A stretch of DNA of 64,000 bases from Heterodontus francisci (GCF_036365525.1 NC_090399.1:66644862-66708861); one strand, 5' to 3'. Shown: positions 51,811-64,000, counted from the first letter of the stretch. The notes: a model not told the origin generated them from the letters alone. Translations and numbers: made by a program.

Positions 51811-53160
51811 ACTGCTCTTTGATACAGCTGTCTACTTCGTCCCAATCTCCTGATAGGCCATTCAGCCCGCTGTGCCTGTACTAGCTCTTTGATAGAGCTG
51901 TCTGCTTTGTCCCACTCTCTGGACAGAAGGCCATTCAGCCTGCTGTGCTTATATTAACTCTTTGCTAGAGCTGTCTACTTTGTCCCACTCTCCCGATAGA
52001 AGGCCATTCAGCCTGCTGTGCCTGTACTAGCTCTTTGATAGAGCTGTCTACTTTGTCCTACTCTCCTGCTCTTTCACCACAGCACTGTAAATAATCCCTT
52101 TAGAAAGTTATTATTGGATCTGCTTCCACTGCCCTTTCAGGAAGTAATTTCCAGTTCTCTGTGTAAAAGGTTTCTGCTCATGTTGTCTCTGGTTCTTTCT
52201 CGTGTCCTCTGGTTCCGACCATTCTGCCACTGGAAACACTTTCTCCCTATTTTCTGGAGCAAAACGCTTCATAACGTTAAACACCTCCATCAGATTTCCT
52301 CTTGACCTTCTCTGCTCTAAGGAGAACAATTCTGCCTTCTTGACATTACTAAACTCCCTCATACAAACAGAAAATTTAAAGCACAGAAAGAGGTCATTCG
52401 GCCCATTGTGTCCATGTGGGATGACAAGGAGAAATCCAGCCTTATCCCACTTTCCAGTTCCTGGTCCGTAGTCCTGCAGGTTACAGCACCTCAAGTACAT
52501 ATCCAAGTATTTTTTAAACGTGATGAGTATTTCTGCCTTTTTCACCCTTTTCAGGCTGTGAGTTCCAGACCCCCACCATCCTCTGAGTAAAAGAAATTCT
52601 CTTTGACTCCCCACTAATCCTTCTGTGAATTGCATTAAATCAGTGGCTCCTGGTTATTGACCTCTCTAAGGGAAACCAGTCCTTCCTATTCATTCCATCT
52701 AGGCCTCTCTTACTCGTTTACAGCCCCCTCTGTTCCAAAGAAAACAACCCCAGCCTATCCAATCTTTCCTCATTGCTACAATTCTCCAGTCCAAGCAACG
52801 TCCTCTGTAAATCTCCTCTGTACCCTCTCTAGCAATCACATCCTTCATGTAATGTGGTGGTCAGAACTCTACTCTGCATCTGTATATCTCATCTGTACCC
52901 TCTCCGAGGCCTTGACATCCTTCCTAAAGTGTGGGGCCCAGAACTGACCAGTATACACTCTACCTGGGGTCTAACCAGTGTTTTATAAAGGTTCAGCACA
53001 GCTTCCTTGCTTTTGTACTCTGTGCCTCTAGTTATAAAGCATAAACTTGGCTTATCTTCCCTGGAGTATAGAAAGTTGAGGGGTGATCGAATCGAGATGT
53101 TTATAATGTTAACACGGATTTGATATGATAGACAAGGAGAAACCATTTTCATGCAAGGAG
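51811..53160. mobile_element. Cluster of old CR1 3' fragments, including an approximately 70-bp tandem triplication at 51811-52070
   Basis: LFSLEQRRSRGNL and YKTLVRPQ motifs; repeated ggccattcagcctgctgtgcctgtactagctctttgatagagc. Confidence 0.75.
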
Positions 53161-53199
53161 CAGACAAAATCTGTCACTCTTTCCCTAAAAAGACTGAGG

Positions 53200-54650
53200 G
53201 GCTGAATAGTGATTCTTTCACAGGATGCATTTGCTGTCCGTCTCTAATTACCCTTGAGAAGGTGATGGTGAGCTGCCTTCTCGAACCCCTGCAGTCCATG
53301 TGGGGTAGGTACACCCATAGTACTGTGGGGACAGAGTTCCAGGATTTTGACTCCGTAACAGTGAAGGAACCACGATATAGTTCCAAGTCAGGATGGTATG
53401 TGACTTGGAGGGGAACTTGCAGGTGCGGGTATTCCCATGCATCTGCTGCCCTTGTCCTTGTAGGTGGTCGAGGTCATGGGTTTGGAAAGTGCTGTCGAAG
53501 GAGCCTTGGTGATTGCTGCAATGCATCTTATAGATGGTACACACTGCTGCCACTGTGCATCGGTGGTGGAGGGAGGGAATGTTTGTGGATGGGGTGCCAA
53601 TCAAGCGGGCAACTTTGTCCTGGATGGTGTCGAGCTTCTTCAGTGTTATTGGAGGTGCACCCATCCAGGCAAGTAGAGAGTATTCTGTCACACTCCTGAC
53701 TTGTGCCTTGTAGAGGAGTTGAGTTGGGGAGACTGGAGGTGAGTTACTCGCCTCAGAATTCCCAGTGCCTGACCTGCTCTTGTAGCCATTTATGTGACTG
53801 GTCTAGTTCAGTTTCTGGTCAATGGTAATCCCCAGGATGTTGATAGTGGGGGATTCAGCGATGGTAATGCCATTGAATGTCAATGGAAGTTGGATAGAGT
53901 CTCTCTTGTTGGAGATGGTTATTAGCTGGCATTTGTGTGGCATGAATGTTACTTGCCACTTATCAGCCCAAGTCTGGATGTTGTCCAGGTCTTGCTGCAT
54001 TTGGACACAGGCTGCTTCAGTATCTGAGGAGTCACGAATGGCGCTGAACATTGTGCAATCATCAGTGAACATCCCCACTTCTGACCTTATGTTAGAGGAA
54101 AGGTCATTAATGAAACAGCTAAAGACGGTTGGGCCCAGGACACTACCCTGAGGAACTCCTGCAGTGATGTCCTGGGGCTGAGATGATTGACTTCCAACAA
54201 CCACAAGCATCCTCCTTTGTGCTAGGTATGACTCTAACCAGTGGAGAGTTTTCCCCCTGATTCCTATCGACTTCAGTTTTGCTAGAGCTCCTTGATGCCA
54301 TACTCGGTCAAATGCTGCCTTGATGTCAAGGGCAGTCACTCTCACCTCACCTCTTGAATTCAGCTCTTTTGTCTATGATTAGACCAAGGCTGTAATGAGT
54401 TCAGGAGCTGAGTGGCCCTGGTGGAACCCAAACTGAGCGTCACGGAGCAGGTTATTGCTGAGCATGTGGCGCTTGATGGCACTGTCAATGACACCTTCCA
54501 TCACTGATGATTAAGAGTAGACTGATAGGGCAGTAATTGGCTGGGTTGGATTTGTCCTGCTGTTTTGTGGACAGGACGTGCCTGGGCAATTTTCTATGTT
54601 GCTGGGTAGATATCAGTGTTGTAGCTGTACTGGAACAGCTTGGCTTGGGG
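53200..54650 (-). mobile_element. CR1/L2-superclade LINE RT fragment
   Basis: ALDIKAAFDRVWHQG, GVPQGSVLGP, MFTDD (ORF 53803-54345). Confidence 0.9.
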
Positions 54651-54704
54651 ATTCGATAATTCAAGACATTTGTAATGTTATTTCGACACCACCTCAAACT
54701 CCAC

Positions 54705-54800
54705 AACCCTCCTACTGTCTGCTGACTCACAGATTGTTTCTATTTGAATTGACACAGACATACCATTGAACCAATCAGAATTGAGGTGTCTGAATTTATT
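54705..54800 (+). promoter_or_regulatory. Candidate proximal promoter of the MHC class I-like gene
   Basis: TGACTCA (54723-54729, X2/AP-1-like), gtttctattt (ISRE-like) and ccaatcag (54771), in the only unique sequence upstream of the leader exon. Confidence 0.4.
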
Positions 54801-54849
54801 ACCATCAGCACTGGGCAAAGTGCACAGACACAAAGCACTGAGTGCAAAG

Positions 54850-55405
54850 AGATAATCCAGGAAGCACAGGATCCGCACTGGGCACAGAGATACAGTCCAG
54901 CAGGAACAGGATCCACACTGGGCACAGAGACACAGTCCAGCAGGAACAGGATCCACACTGGGCACAGAGACACAGTCCAGCAGGAACAGGATCCGCAGTG
55001 GGCACAGAGACACAGTCCAGGAGGAACAGGATCCACACTGGGCACAGAGACACAGTCCAGCAGGAACAGGATCCGCAGTGGGCACAGAGACACAGTCCAG
55101 GAAGCACAGGATCCGCACTGGGTACAGAGACAAAGTCCAGGAGGAACAGGATCCACAGTGGGCACAGAGACACAGTCCAGGAGGCACAGGATCCACACTG
55201 GGCACAGAGACACAGTCCAGCAGGAACAGGATCCGCAGTGGGCACAGAGACACAGTCCAGGAAGCACAGGATCCACACTGGGCACAAAGACACAGTCCAG
55301 GAGGAACAGGATCCACACTGGGCACACAGAGACACAGTCCAGGAGGAACAGGATCCACACTGGGCACAGAGACACAGTCCAGGAAGCACAGGATCTGCAC
55401 TGGAC
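54850..55405. repeat. 40-bp minisatellite (caggatccacactgggcacagagacacagtccaggaggaa), about 14 copies
   Basis: Period of 40. Confidence 0.97.
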
Positions 55406-55472
55406 ACAGCTCACGGACAGAGGGAAGACAGTTTCTTCGGAAAGGATTGCCAGCCCATCAAGCAAAGCAGCA

Positions 55473-55521
55473 ATGATTGAACTGACAGTGCTCGTCCTTC
55501 TGTGTGGAGGGGTCTCTGCAG
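55473..55521 (+). CDS. Signal-peptide exon, probably exon 1 of an MHC class I heavy chain (MIELTVLVLLCGGVSA-G)
   Basis: gcaATG start, 16-codon hydrophobic leader ending V-S-A, phase-1 donor CAG|gtgggt. LLCGGVSA matches my recollection of elasmobranch class I leaders. No alpha-1 exon is in the window. Confidence 0.65.
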
Positions 55522-55532
55522 GTGGGTGTTCG

Positions 55533-56395
55533 GGTCTGAGAGGGTCTCAGTGCCAGGCTGTGTGCTGGGGTATTAACCCTTGATCAGTTGGTATTGAGGT
55601 CTGAAAGGGTCTCGGTGCCAGGCTGTGTATTGGGGTATTAACCCTTGGTCAGTTGGTCTTGGGGTCTGAACGGGTTTGGTGCCGGGCTGTGTATTGGGGT
55701 ATTAACCCTTGGTCAGTTGGTATTGGGGTCTGAGCGGGTTTGGTGCCAGGCTGTGTACTGGGGTATTAACCCTTGGTCAGTTGGTATTGGGGTCTGAGCG
55801 GGTTTGGTGCCAGGCTGTGTACTGGGGTATTAACCCTTGGTCAGTTGGTATTGGGATCTGAGCGGGTTTGGTGCCAGGCTGTGTACTGGGGTATTAACCC
55901 TTGGTCAGTTGGTATTGGGGTCTGAGCGGGTTTGGTGCCAGGCTGTGTATTGGGGTATTAACCCTTGGTCAGTTGGTATTGGGGTCTGAGCGGGTTTTGG
56001 TGCCAGGCTGTGTACTGGGGTATTAACCCTTGGTCAGTTGGTATTAGGGTCTGAGCGGGTTTGGTGCCAGGCTGTGTACTGGGGTATTAACCCTTGGTCA
56101 GTTGGTATTGGGGTCTGAACGGGTTTTGGTGCCAGGTTGTGTACTGGGGTATTAACCCTTGGTCAGTTGGTATTGGGGTCTGAGCGGGTTTGGTGCCAGG
56201 CTGTGTATTGGGGTATTAACCCTTGGTCAGTTGGTATTGGGGTCTGAGCGGGTTTGGTGCCAGGCTGTGTACTGGGGTATTAACCCTTGGTCAGTTGGTA
56301 TTGGGGTCTGAGCGGGTTTGGTGCCAGGCTGTGTATTGGGGTATTAACCCTTGGTCAGTTGGTATTGGGATCTGAGCGGGTTTGGTGCCAGGCTG
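55533..56395. repeat. 64-bp minisatellite (ggtctgagcgggtttggtgccaggctgtgtactggggtattaacccttggtcagttggtattgg), about 13.5 copies
   Basis: Period of 64-65; starts about 12 bp after the leader donor. Confidence 0.96.
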
Positions 56396-56539
56396 GGATG
56401 GAGACAGGAACACAACAACAGGAGGTTTTTCAGCCCCTCCAGTCTCTCCCACCAGCCAATGAAATCATGTCTGATCTGTACCTTTGCTCGCTATCCCGTG
56501 ACATCCTTTCCAAATAAAAAGCTAACGATGGAGAGAGAA

Positions 56540-56680
56540 ACAACGTTCTGATAAAAGGTTATTGAACTGAAACATTCACTCTGTTTCTCTCTCTCTACAG
56601 ATGCTGCTAAACCTGCTGTGTATTTCCAGCATCTTCTATTTTTATTTCAGATTTCCAACATCCTCAGTATTTTGCTTTTG
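56540..56680 (+). mobile_element. Old Penelope 3'-end remnant
   Basis: Similar to the reverse complement of 2742-2876 (cagatgctgc..acctgctg..ttccagca..ttcagatttcca..cagtattttgctttt). Confidence 0.7.
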
Positions 56681-57022
56681 TAAAAATCTCTCTCAGTTTT
56701 GAAAGGTTCAGTTGAGCCTCCACATCCACAGCCTTGGGGGGGGGGGGGGGGGTGGGGGGGTGGGGAGGGGGAAGAGTTCCCGATATCCACTGCTCTTTAT
56801 ATGGGATATTGTTTCCTGAATTCCCTCCGAAATGGCCTCGCTCGAATTTTAAGATGATGCCTCTTGTTCCTGATTTGAGCACCAGAGGGAGCAGTTTCTC
56901 ACTATCGAATGCTTGGTATTAATTGTCGATTAATTGAGGGTTTAATTATGTTCAGTTTACGGGTATTACTTCGGAATTCAATTGTGCTGCTGTAAATTCT
57001 GGTGAGGCAGAGACTTTCCACA

Positions 57023-57852
57023 TTCAGACCCTGCAGAGATACCTGTACGTCGAGCCTCCTCCTTCAGACCCTGCAGAGATACCTGTACGTCGAGTCTCCT
57101 CCTTCAGGCCCTGCAGAGATACCTGTACGTCGAAACTCCTTCTTCAGACGCTGCAGAGATACCTGTACGTCGAGCCTCCTCCTTCAGACCCTGCAGAGAT
57201 ACCTGTACGTCGAGCCTCCTCCTTCAGACCCTGCAGAGATACCTGTACGTCGAGTCTCCTCCTTCAGGCCCTGCAGAGATACCTGTACGTCGAGTCTCCT
57301 TCTTCAGACGCTGCAGAGATACCTGTACGTCGAGTCTCCTCCTTCAGACGCTGCAGAGATACCTGTACGTCGAGTCTCCTTCTTCAGACGCTGCAGAGAT
57401 ACCTGTACGTCGAGCCTCCTTCTTCAGACCCTGCAGAGATACCTGTACGTCGAGCCTCCTCCTTGACACCCTGCAGAGATACCTGTACGTCGAGCCTCCT
57501 CCTTCAGACCCTGCAGAGATACCTGTACATCGAGCCTCCTCCTTCAGACCCTGCAGAGATACCTGTACGTCGAGCCTCCTCCTTGAGACCCTGCAGAGAT
57601 ACCTGTACGTCGCGTCTCCTCCTTCAGATCCTGCAGAGATACCTGTACGTCGAGCCACCTCCTTCAGACACTGTAGAGATACCTGTACGTCGAGTCTCCT
57701 CCTTCAGACCCTGCAGAGATACCTGTACGTCGAGTCTCCTCCTTCAGACCCTGCAGAGATACCTGTACGTCGAGTCTCCTCCTTCAGACCCTGTAGAGAT
57801 ACCTGTACGTCGAGTCTCCTCCTTCAGACCCTGCAGAGATACCTCTACGTCG
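57023..57852. repeat. 40-bp minisatellite (ccttcagaccctgcagagatacctgtacgtcgagcctcct), about 21 copies
   Basis: Exact period of 40; unrelated to the 54850 repeat. Confidence 0.97.
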
Positions 57853-60800
57853 ATTTATTTCTGTGTCTGGCTCAGTCTCTATTCTAACCCTGTCTCTGTG
57901 TTTCACTCTCTCACTGTGTCTAGACCCCGAGTACTGGGAGAGACAGACACAGATACACAGAGCTGGGTGCAGGGTGGGGATTGTGTTGGATTTATTTCTG
58001 TGTCTGGTTCAGTCTCTATTCTAACCCTGTCTCTGTGTTTCACTCTCTCACTGTGTCTAGACCCCGAGTACTGGGAGAGACAGACACAGATACACAGAGC
58101 TGGGTGCAGGGTGGGGATTGTGTTGGATTTATTTCTATGTCTGGTTCAGTCTCTATTCTAACCCTGTCTCTGTGTTTCAGTCTCTCACTGTGTCTAGACC
58201 CCGAGTACTGGGAGAGACAGACACAGATACACAGAGCTGGGTGCAGGGTGGGGACTGTGTTGGATTTATTTCTATGTCTGGTTCAGTCTCTATTCTAACC
58301 CTGTCTCTGTGTTTCAGTCTCTCACTGTGTCTAGACCCCGAGTACTGGGAGAGACAGACACAGATACACAGAGCTGGGTGCAGGGTGGGGATTGTGTTGG
58401 ATTTATTTCTGTGTCTGGTTCAGTCTCTATTCTAAACCTGTCTCTGTGTTTCAGTCTTTCACTGTGTCTAGACCCCGAGTACTGGGAGAGACAGAAACCG
58501 ATACACAGAGCTGGGTGCAGGGTGGGGATTGTGTTGGGATTTATTTGAATGTCTGGTTCAGTCTCTATTCTAACCCTGTCTCTGTGTTTCAGACTCTCAC
58601 TGTGTCTAGACCCCGAGTACTGGGAGAGACAGACTCAGTTACACAGAGCTGGGTGCAGGGTGGGGATTGTGTTGGATTTATTTCTATGTCTGGTTCTGTC
58701 TCTATTCTAACCCTGTCTCTGTGTTTCACTCTTTCACTGTGTCCAGACCCCGAGTACTGGGAGAGACAGACACAGATACACAGAGCTGGGTGCAGGGTGG
58801 GGATTGTGTTGTATTTATTTCTATGTCTGATTCAGTCTCTATTCTAACCCTGTCTCTGTGTTTCAGACTCTCACTGTGTCCAGACTCCGAGTACTGGGAG
58901 AGACAGACACAGATACACAGAGCTGGGTGCAGGGTGGGGATTGTGTTGCATTTATTTCTGTGTCTGGTTCAGTCTCTATTCTAACCCTGTCTTTGTGTTT
59001 CAGTCTCTCACTGTGTCCAGACCCCGAGTACTGGGAGAGACAGACACAGATACCCAGAGCTGGGTGCAGGGTGGGGATTGTGTTGGATTTATTTCTCTGT
59101 CTGCCTCAGTCTCTATTGTAACCCTGTCTTTGTGTTTCAGTCTCTCACTGTGTCTAGACCCCGAGTACTGGGAGAGACAGACACAGATACACAGAGCTGG
59201 GTGCAGGGTGGGGATTGTGTTGCATTTATTTCTGTGTCTGGTTCAGTCTCTAATCTATTCCTGTCTCTGGGTTTCAGTCTCTCACTGTGTCTAGACCCCG
59301 AGTACTGGGAGAGACAGACACAGATACACAGAGCTGGGTGCAGGGTGGGGATTGTGTTGCATTTATTTCTGTGTCTGGTTCAGTCTCTATTCTAACCCTG
59401 TCTTTGTGTTTCAGTCTCTCACTGTGTCTAGACCCCGAGTACTGGGAGAGACAGACACAGATACACAGAGCTGGGTGCAGGGTGGGGATTGTGTTGGATT
59501 TATTTCTATGTCTGGTTCAGTCTCTATTCTAACCCTGTCTCTGTGTTTCATTCTCTCACTGTGTCTAGACCCCGAGTACTGGGAGAGACAGACACAGATA
59601 CACCGAGCTGGGTGCAGGGTGGGGATTGTGTTGGATTTATTTCTCTGTCTGCCTCAGTCTCTATTGTAACCCTGTCTTTGTGTTTCAGTCTCTCACTGTG
59701 TCTAGACCCCGAGTACTGGGAGAGACAGACACAGATACACAGAGCTGGGTGCAGGGTGGGGATTGTGTTGCATTTATTTCTGTGTCTGGTTCAGTCTCTA
59801 TTCTAACCCTGTCTCTGTGTTTCAGACTCTCACTGTGTCCAGACACCGAGTACTGGGAGAGACAGACACAGATACACAGAGCTGGGTGCGGGGTGGGGAT
59901 TGTGTTGGGATTTATTTGAATGTCTGGTTCAGTCTCTATTCTAACCCTGTCTCTGTGTTTCAGTCTCTCACTCTGTCCAGAACCCGAGTTCTGGGAGAGA
60001 CTGACACAGATACATGGAGCTGGGTGCAGGGTGGGGATTGTGTTGCACTTATTTCTGTGTCTGGTTCAGTCTCTATTCTAACCCTGTCTCTGTGTTTCAG
60101 TCTCTCACTGTGTCTAGACCCCGAGTACTGGGAGAGACAGACACAGATACACAGAGCTGGGTGCAGGGTGAGGATTGTGTTGCATTTATTTCTGTGTCTG
60201 GTTCAGTCTCTATTCTAACCCTGTCTCCGTGTTTCAGTCTCTCACTGTGTCTAGACCCCGAGTACTGGGAGAGACAGACACAGATACACGGAGCGGGGTG
60301 CAGGGTGGTGATTGTGTTGGATTTATTTCTGTGTCTGTTTCAGTCTCTATTCTAACCCTGTCTCTGTGTTTCAGTCTCTCACTCTGTCCAGACCCCGAGT
60401 ACTGGGAGAGACAGACACAGATACACAGAGCTGGGTGCAGAGTGGGGATTGTGTTGGATTTATTTCTATGTCTGGTTCAGTCTCTATTCTCACCCTGTCT
60501 CTGTGTTTCAGTCTCTCACTCTGTCCAGAGCCCGAGTACTGGGAGAGACAGACACAGATACACGGAGCTGGGTGCAGGGTGGGGATTGTGTTGCATTTAT
60601 TTCTGTGTCTGGTTCAGTCTCTAATCTATTCCTGTCTCTGGGTTTCAGTCTCTCACTCTGTCCAGAGCCCGAGTACTGGGAGAGACAGACACAGATACAC
60701 AGAGCTGGGTGCAGGGTGGGGATTGTGTTGGATTTATTTCTATGTCTGGTTCAGTCTCTATTCTAACCCTGTCTCTGTGTTTCAGTCTCTCACTGTGTCT

Positions 60801-63800
60801 AGACCCCGAGTACTGGGAGAGACAGACACAGATACACAGAGCTGGGTGCAGGGTGGGGATTGTGTTGGATTTATTTCTCTGTCTGTTTCAGTCTCTATTC
60901 TAACCCTGTCTCAGTGTTTCAGTCTCTCACTGTGTCTAGACCCCGAGTACTGGGAGAGACAGACACAGATACACAGAGCTGGGTGCAGGGTGGGGATTGT
61001 GTTGGATTTATTTCTATGTCTGGTTCAGTCTCTATTCTCACCCTGTCTCTGTGTTTCAGTCTCTCAATCTGTCCAGACCCCGAGTACTGGGAGAGACAGA
61101 CACAGATACACAGAGCTGGGTGCAGGGTGGGGATTGTGTTGGATTTATTTCTATGTCTGGTTCAGTCTCTATTCTAACCCTGTCTCTGTGTTTCAGTCTC
61201 TCACTGTGTCTAGAGCCCGAGTACTGGGAGAGACAGACACAGATACACAGAGCTGGGTGCAGGGTGGGGATTGTGTTGGATTTATTTCTATGTCTGGTTC
61301 AGTCTCTATTCTAACCCTGTCTCTGTGTTTCAGTCTCTCACTGTGTCTAGACCCCGAGTACTGGGAGAGACAGACACAGATACACAGAGCTGGGTGCAGG
61401 GTGGGGATTGTGTTGGATTTATTTCTATGTCTGGTTCAGTCTCTATTCTAACCCTGTCTCTGTGTTTCAGTCTCTCACTGTGTCTAGACCCCGAGTACTG
61501 GGAGAGACAGACACAGATACACAGAGCTGGGTGCAGGGTGGGGATTGTGTTGGATTTATTTCTGTGTCTGGTTCAGTCTCTATTGTAACCCTGTCTCTGT
61601 GTTTCAGTCTCTCACTGTGTCTAGACCCCGAGTACTGGGAGAGACAGACACAGATACACAGAGCTGGGTGCAGGGTGGGGATTGTGTTGGATTTATTTCT
61701 ATGTCTGGTTCAGTCTCTATTCTAACCCTGTCTCTGTGTTTCAGTCTCTCACTGTGTCTAGACCCCGAGTACTGGGAGAGACAGACACAGATACACAGAG
61801 CTGGGTGCAGGGTGGGGATTGTGTTGGATTTATTTCTATGTCTGGTTCAGTCTCTATTCTAACCCTGTCTCTGTGTTTCAGTCTCTCACTGTGTCTAGAC
61901 CCCGAGTACTGGGAGAGACAGACATAGATACACAGAGCTGGGTGCAGAGTGGGGATTGTGTTGGATTTATTTCTATGTCTGGTTCAGTCTCTATTCTCAC
62001 CCTGTCTCTGTGTTTCAGTCTCTCACTCTGTCCAGAGCCCGAGTACTGGGAGAGACAGACACAGATACATGGAGCTGGGTGCAGGGTGGGGATTGTGTTG
62101 GATTTATCTCTGTGTCTGGTTCAGTCTCTATTCTAACCCTGTCTCTGTGTTTCAGTCTCTCACTCTGTCCAGACCCCGAGTACTGGGAGAGACAGACACA
62201 GATACACAAAGCTGGGTGCAGGGTGGGGATTGTGTTGGATTTATCTCTGTGTCTGGTTCAGTCTCTATTCTAACCCTGTCTCTGTGTTTCAGTCTCTCAC
62301 TCTGTCCAGACCCCGAGTACTGGGAGAGACAGACACAGATACACAGAGCTGGGTGCAGGGTGGGGATTATGTTGGATTTATTTCTGTGTCTGGTTCAGTC
62401 TCTATTCTAACCCTGTCTCTGTGTTTCAGTCTCTCACTGTGTCTAGACCCCGAGTACTGGGAGAGACAGACACAGATACACAGAGCTGGGTGCAGGGTGG
62501 GGATTGTGTTGGATTTATCTCTGTGTCTGGTTCAGTCTCTATTCTCACCCTGTCTCTGTGTTTCAGTCTCTCACTCTGTCCAGAGCCCGAGTACTGGGAG
62601 AGAGACACACAGATACACAGAGCTGAGTGCAGGGTGGGGATTGTGTTGCATTTATTTCTGTGTCTGGTTCAGTCTCTAATCTATTCCTGTCTCTGGGTTT
62701 CAGTCTCTCACTGTGTCTAGACCCCGAGTACTGGGAGAGACAGACACAGATACACAGAGCTGGGTGCAGGGTGGGGATTGTGTTGCATTTATTTCTGTGT
62801 CTGGTTCAGTCTCTATTCTAACCCTGTCTCTGTGTTTCAGACTCTCACTGTGTCCAGACACCGAGTACTGGGAGAGACAGACACAGATACACAGAGCTGG
62901 GTGCGGGGTGGGGATTGTGTTGGGATTTATTTGAATGTCTGGTTCAGTCTCTATTCTAACCCTGTCTCTGTGTTTCAGTCTCTCACTCTGTCCAGAACCC
63001 GAGTTCTGGGAGAGACTGACACAGATACATGGAGGTGGGTGCAGGGTGGGGATTGTGTTGGGATTTATTTCTATGTCTGGTTCAGTCTCTATTCTAACCC
63101 TGTCTCTGTGTTTCAGTCTCTCACTGTGTCTAGACCCCGAGTACTGGGAGAGACAGACACAGATACACAGAGCTGGGTGCAGGGTGGGGATTGTGTTGCA
63201 TTTATTTCTGTGTCTGGTTCAGTCTCTATTCTAACCCTGTCTCTGTGTTTCAGTCTCTCACTGTGTCTAGACCCCGAGTACTGGGAGAGACAGACACAGA
63301 TACACAGAGCTGGGTGCAGGGTGAGGATTGTGTTGCATTTATTTCTGTGTCTGGTTCAGTCTCTATTCTAACCCTGTCTCTGTGTTTCAGTCTCTCACTG
63401 TGTCTCGACCCCGAGTACTGGGAGAGACAGACACAGATACACGGAGCGGGGTGCAGGGTGGTGATTGTGTTGGATTTATTTCTGTGTCTGTTTCAGTCTC
63501 TATTCTAACCCTGTCTCTGTGTTTCAGTCTCTCACTCTGTCCAGACCCCGAGTACTGGGAGAGACAGACACAGATACACAGAGCTGGGTGCAGAGTGGGG
63601 ATTGTGTTGGATTTATTTCTATGTCTGGTTCAGTCTCTATTCTCACCCTGTCTCTGTGTTTCAGTCTCTCACTCTGTCCAGAGCCCGAGTACTGGGAGAG
63701 ACAGACACAGATACACGGAGCTGGGTGCAGGGTGGGGATTGTGTTGCATTTATTTCTGTGTCTGGTTCAGTCTCTAATCTATTCCTGTCTCTGGGTTACA

Positions 63801-64000
63801 GTCTCTCACTCTGTCCAGACCCCGAGTACTGGGAGAGACAGACACAGATACACAGAGCTGGGTGCAGGGTGGGGATTGTGTTGGATTTATTTCTATGTCT
63901 GGTTCAGTCTCTATTCTAACCCTGTCTCTGTGTTTCAGTCTCTCACTGTGTCTAGACCCCGAGTACTGGGAGAGACAGACACAGATACACAGAGCTGGGT
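57853..64000. repeat. 137-bp satellite, at least 44 copies, running off the window
   Basis: Period of 137 (ORF starts at 57981, 58118, ...). Confidence 0.98.

Noticed and set aside
54678-55583. Cys-rich or repetitive ORFs of 200-265 aa
   Set aside because: Products of the 40-bp VNTR; only the terminal 55473-55521 segment looks like a real exon.
56735-56772. G-rich tract as a functional G-quadruplex
   Set aside because: A simple polyG expansion within decayed repeat sequence, with no supporting context.
57463-63919. Many overlapping 105-379 aa ORFs
   Set aside because: Artefacts of the 137-bp period cycling through three frames.

Overview
This is eukaryotic vertebrate DNA, most likely a shark or ray: it carries V-SINE/HE1-type SINEs, CR1 LINEs, Penelope elements and a shark-type MHC class I leader. 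No intact protein-coding gene lies in the window, and nearly all ORF-track entries come from repeats or decayed transposons. It has three zones. (1) 1-33.8 kb is a head-to-tail array of at least five 5.4-6.7 kb units. Each unit holds a 33-bp VNTR, a unique segment with a regular series of minus-strand splice sites, and the 5' half of a CR1 LINE (CpG-rich monomer 5'UTR plus ORF1). Only the last unit continues into the full-length parental CR1. (2) 34-54.7 kb is a stack of nested retroelements. At its centre is a decayed minus-strand retrovirus-like provirus (RT, dead Gypsy-type RNase H tether, second RNase H, integrase, env with signal peptide/furin site/TM, a post-env region and a 3' LTR), resembling loki- or spuma-like retroviruses. 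A two-LTR GalEa-type Copia element splits its integrase. (3) 54.7-64 kb holds a probable MHC class I promoter and leader exon (MIELTVLVLLCGGVSA), flanked by four different tandem repeats. The 137-bp intronic satellite carries a 12-RSS-like motif in most units. All family assignments are from motif recognition only; no database search was run.
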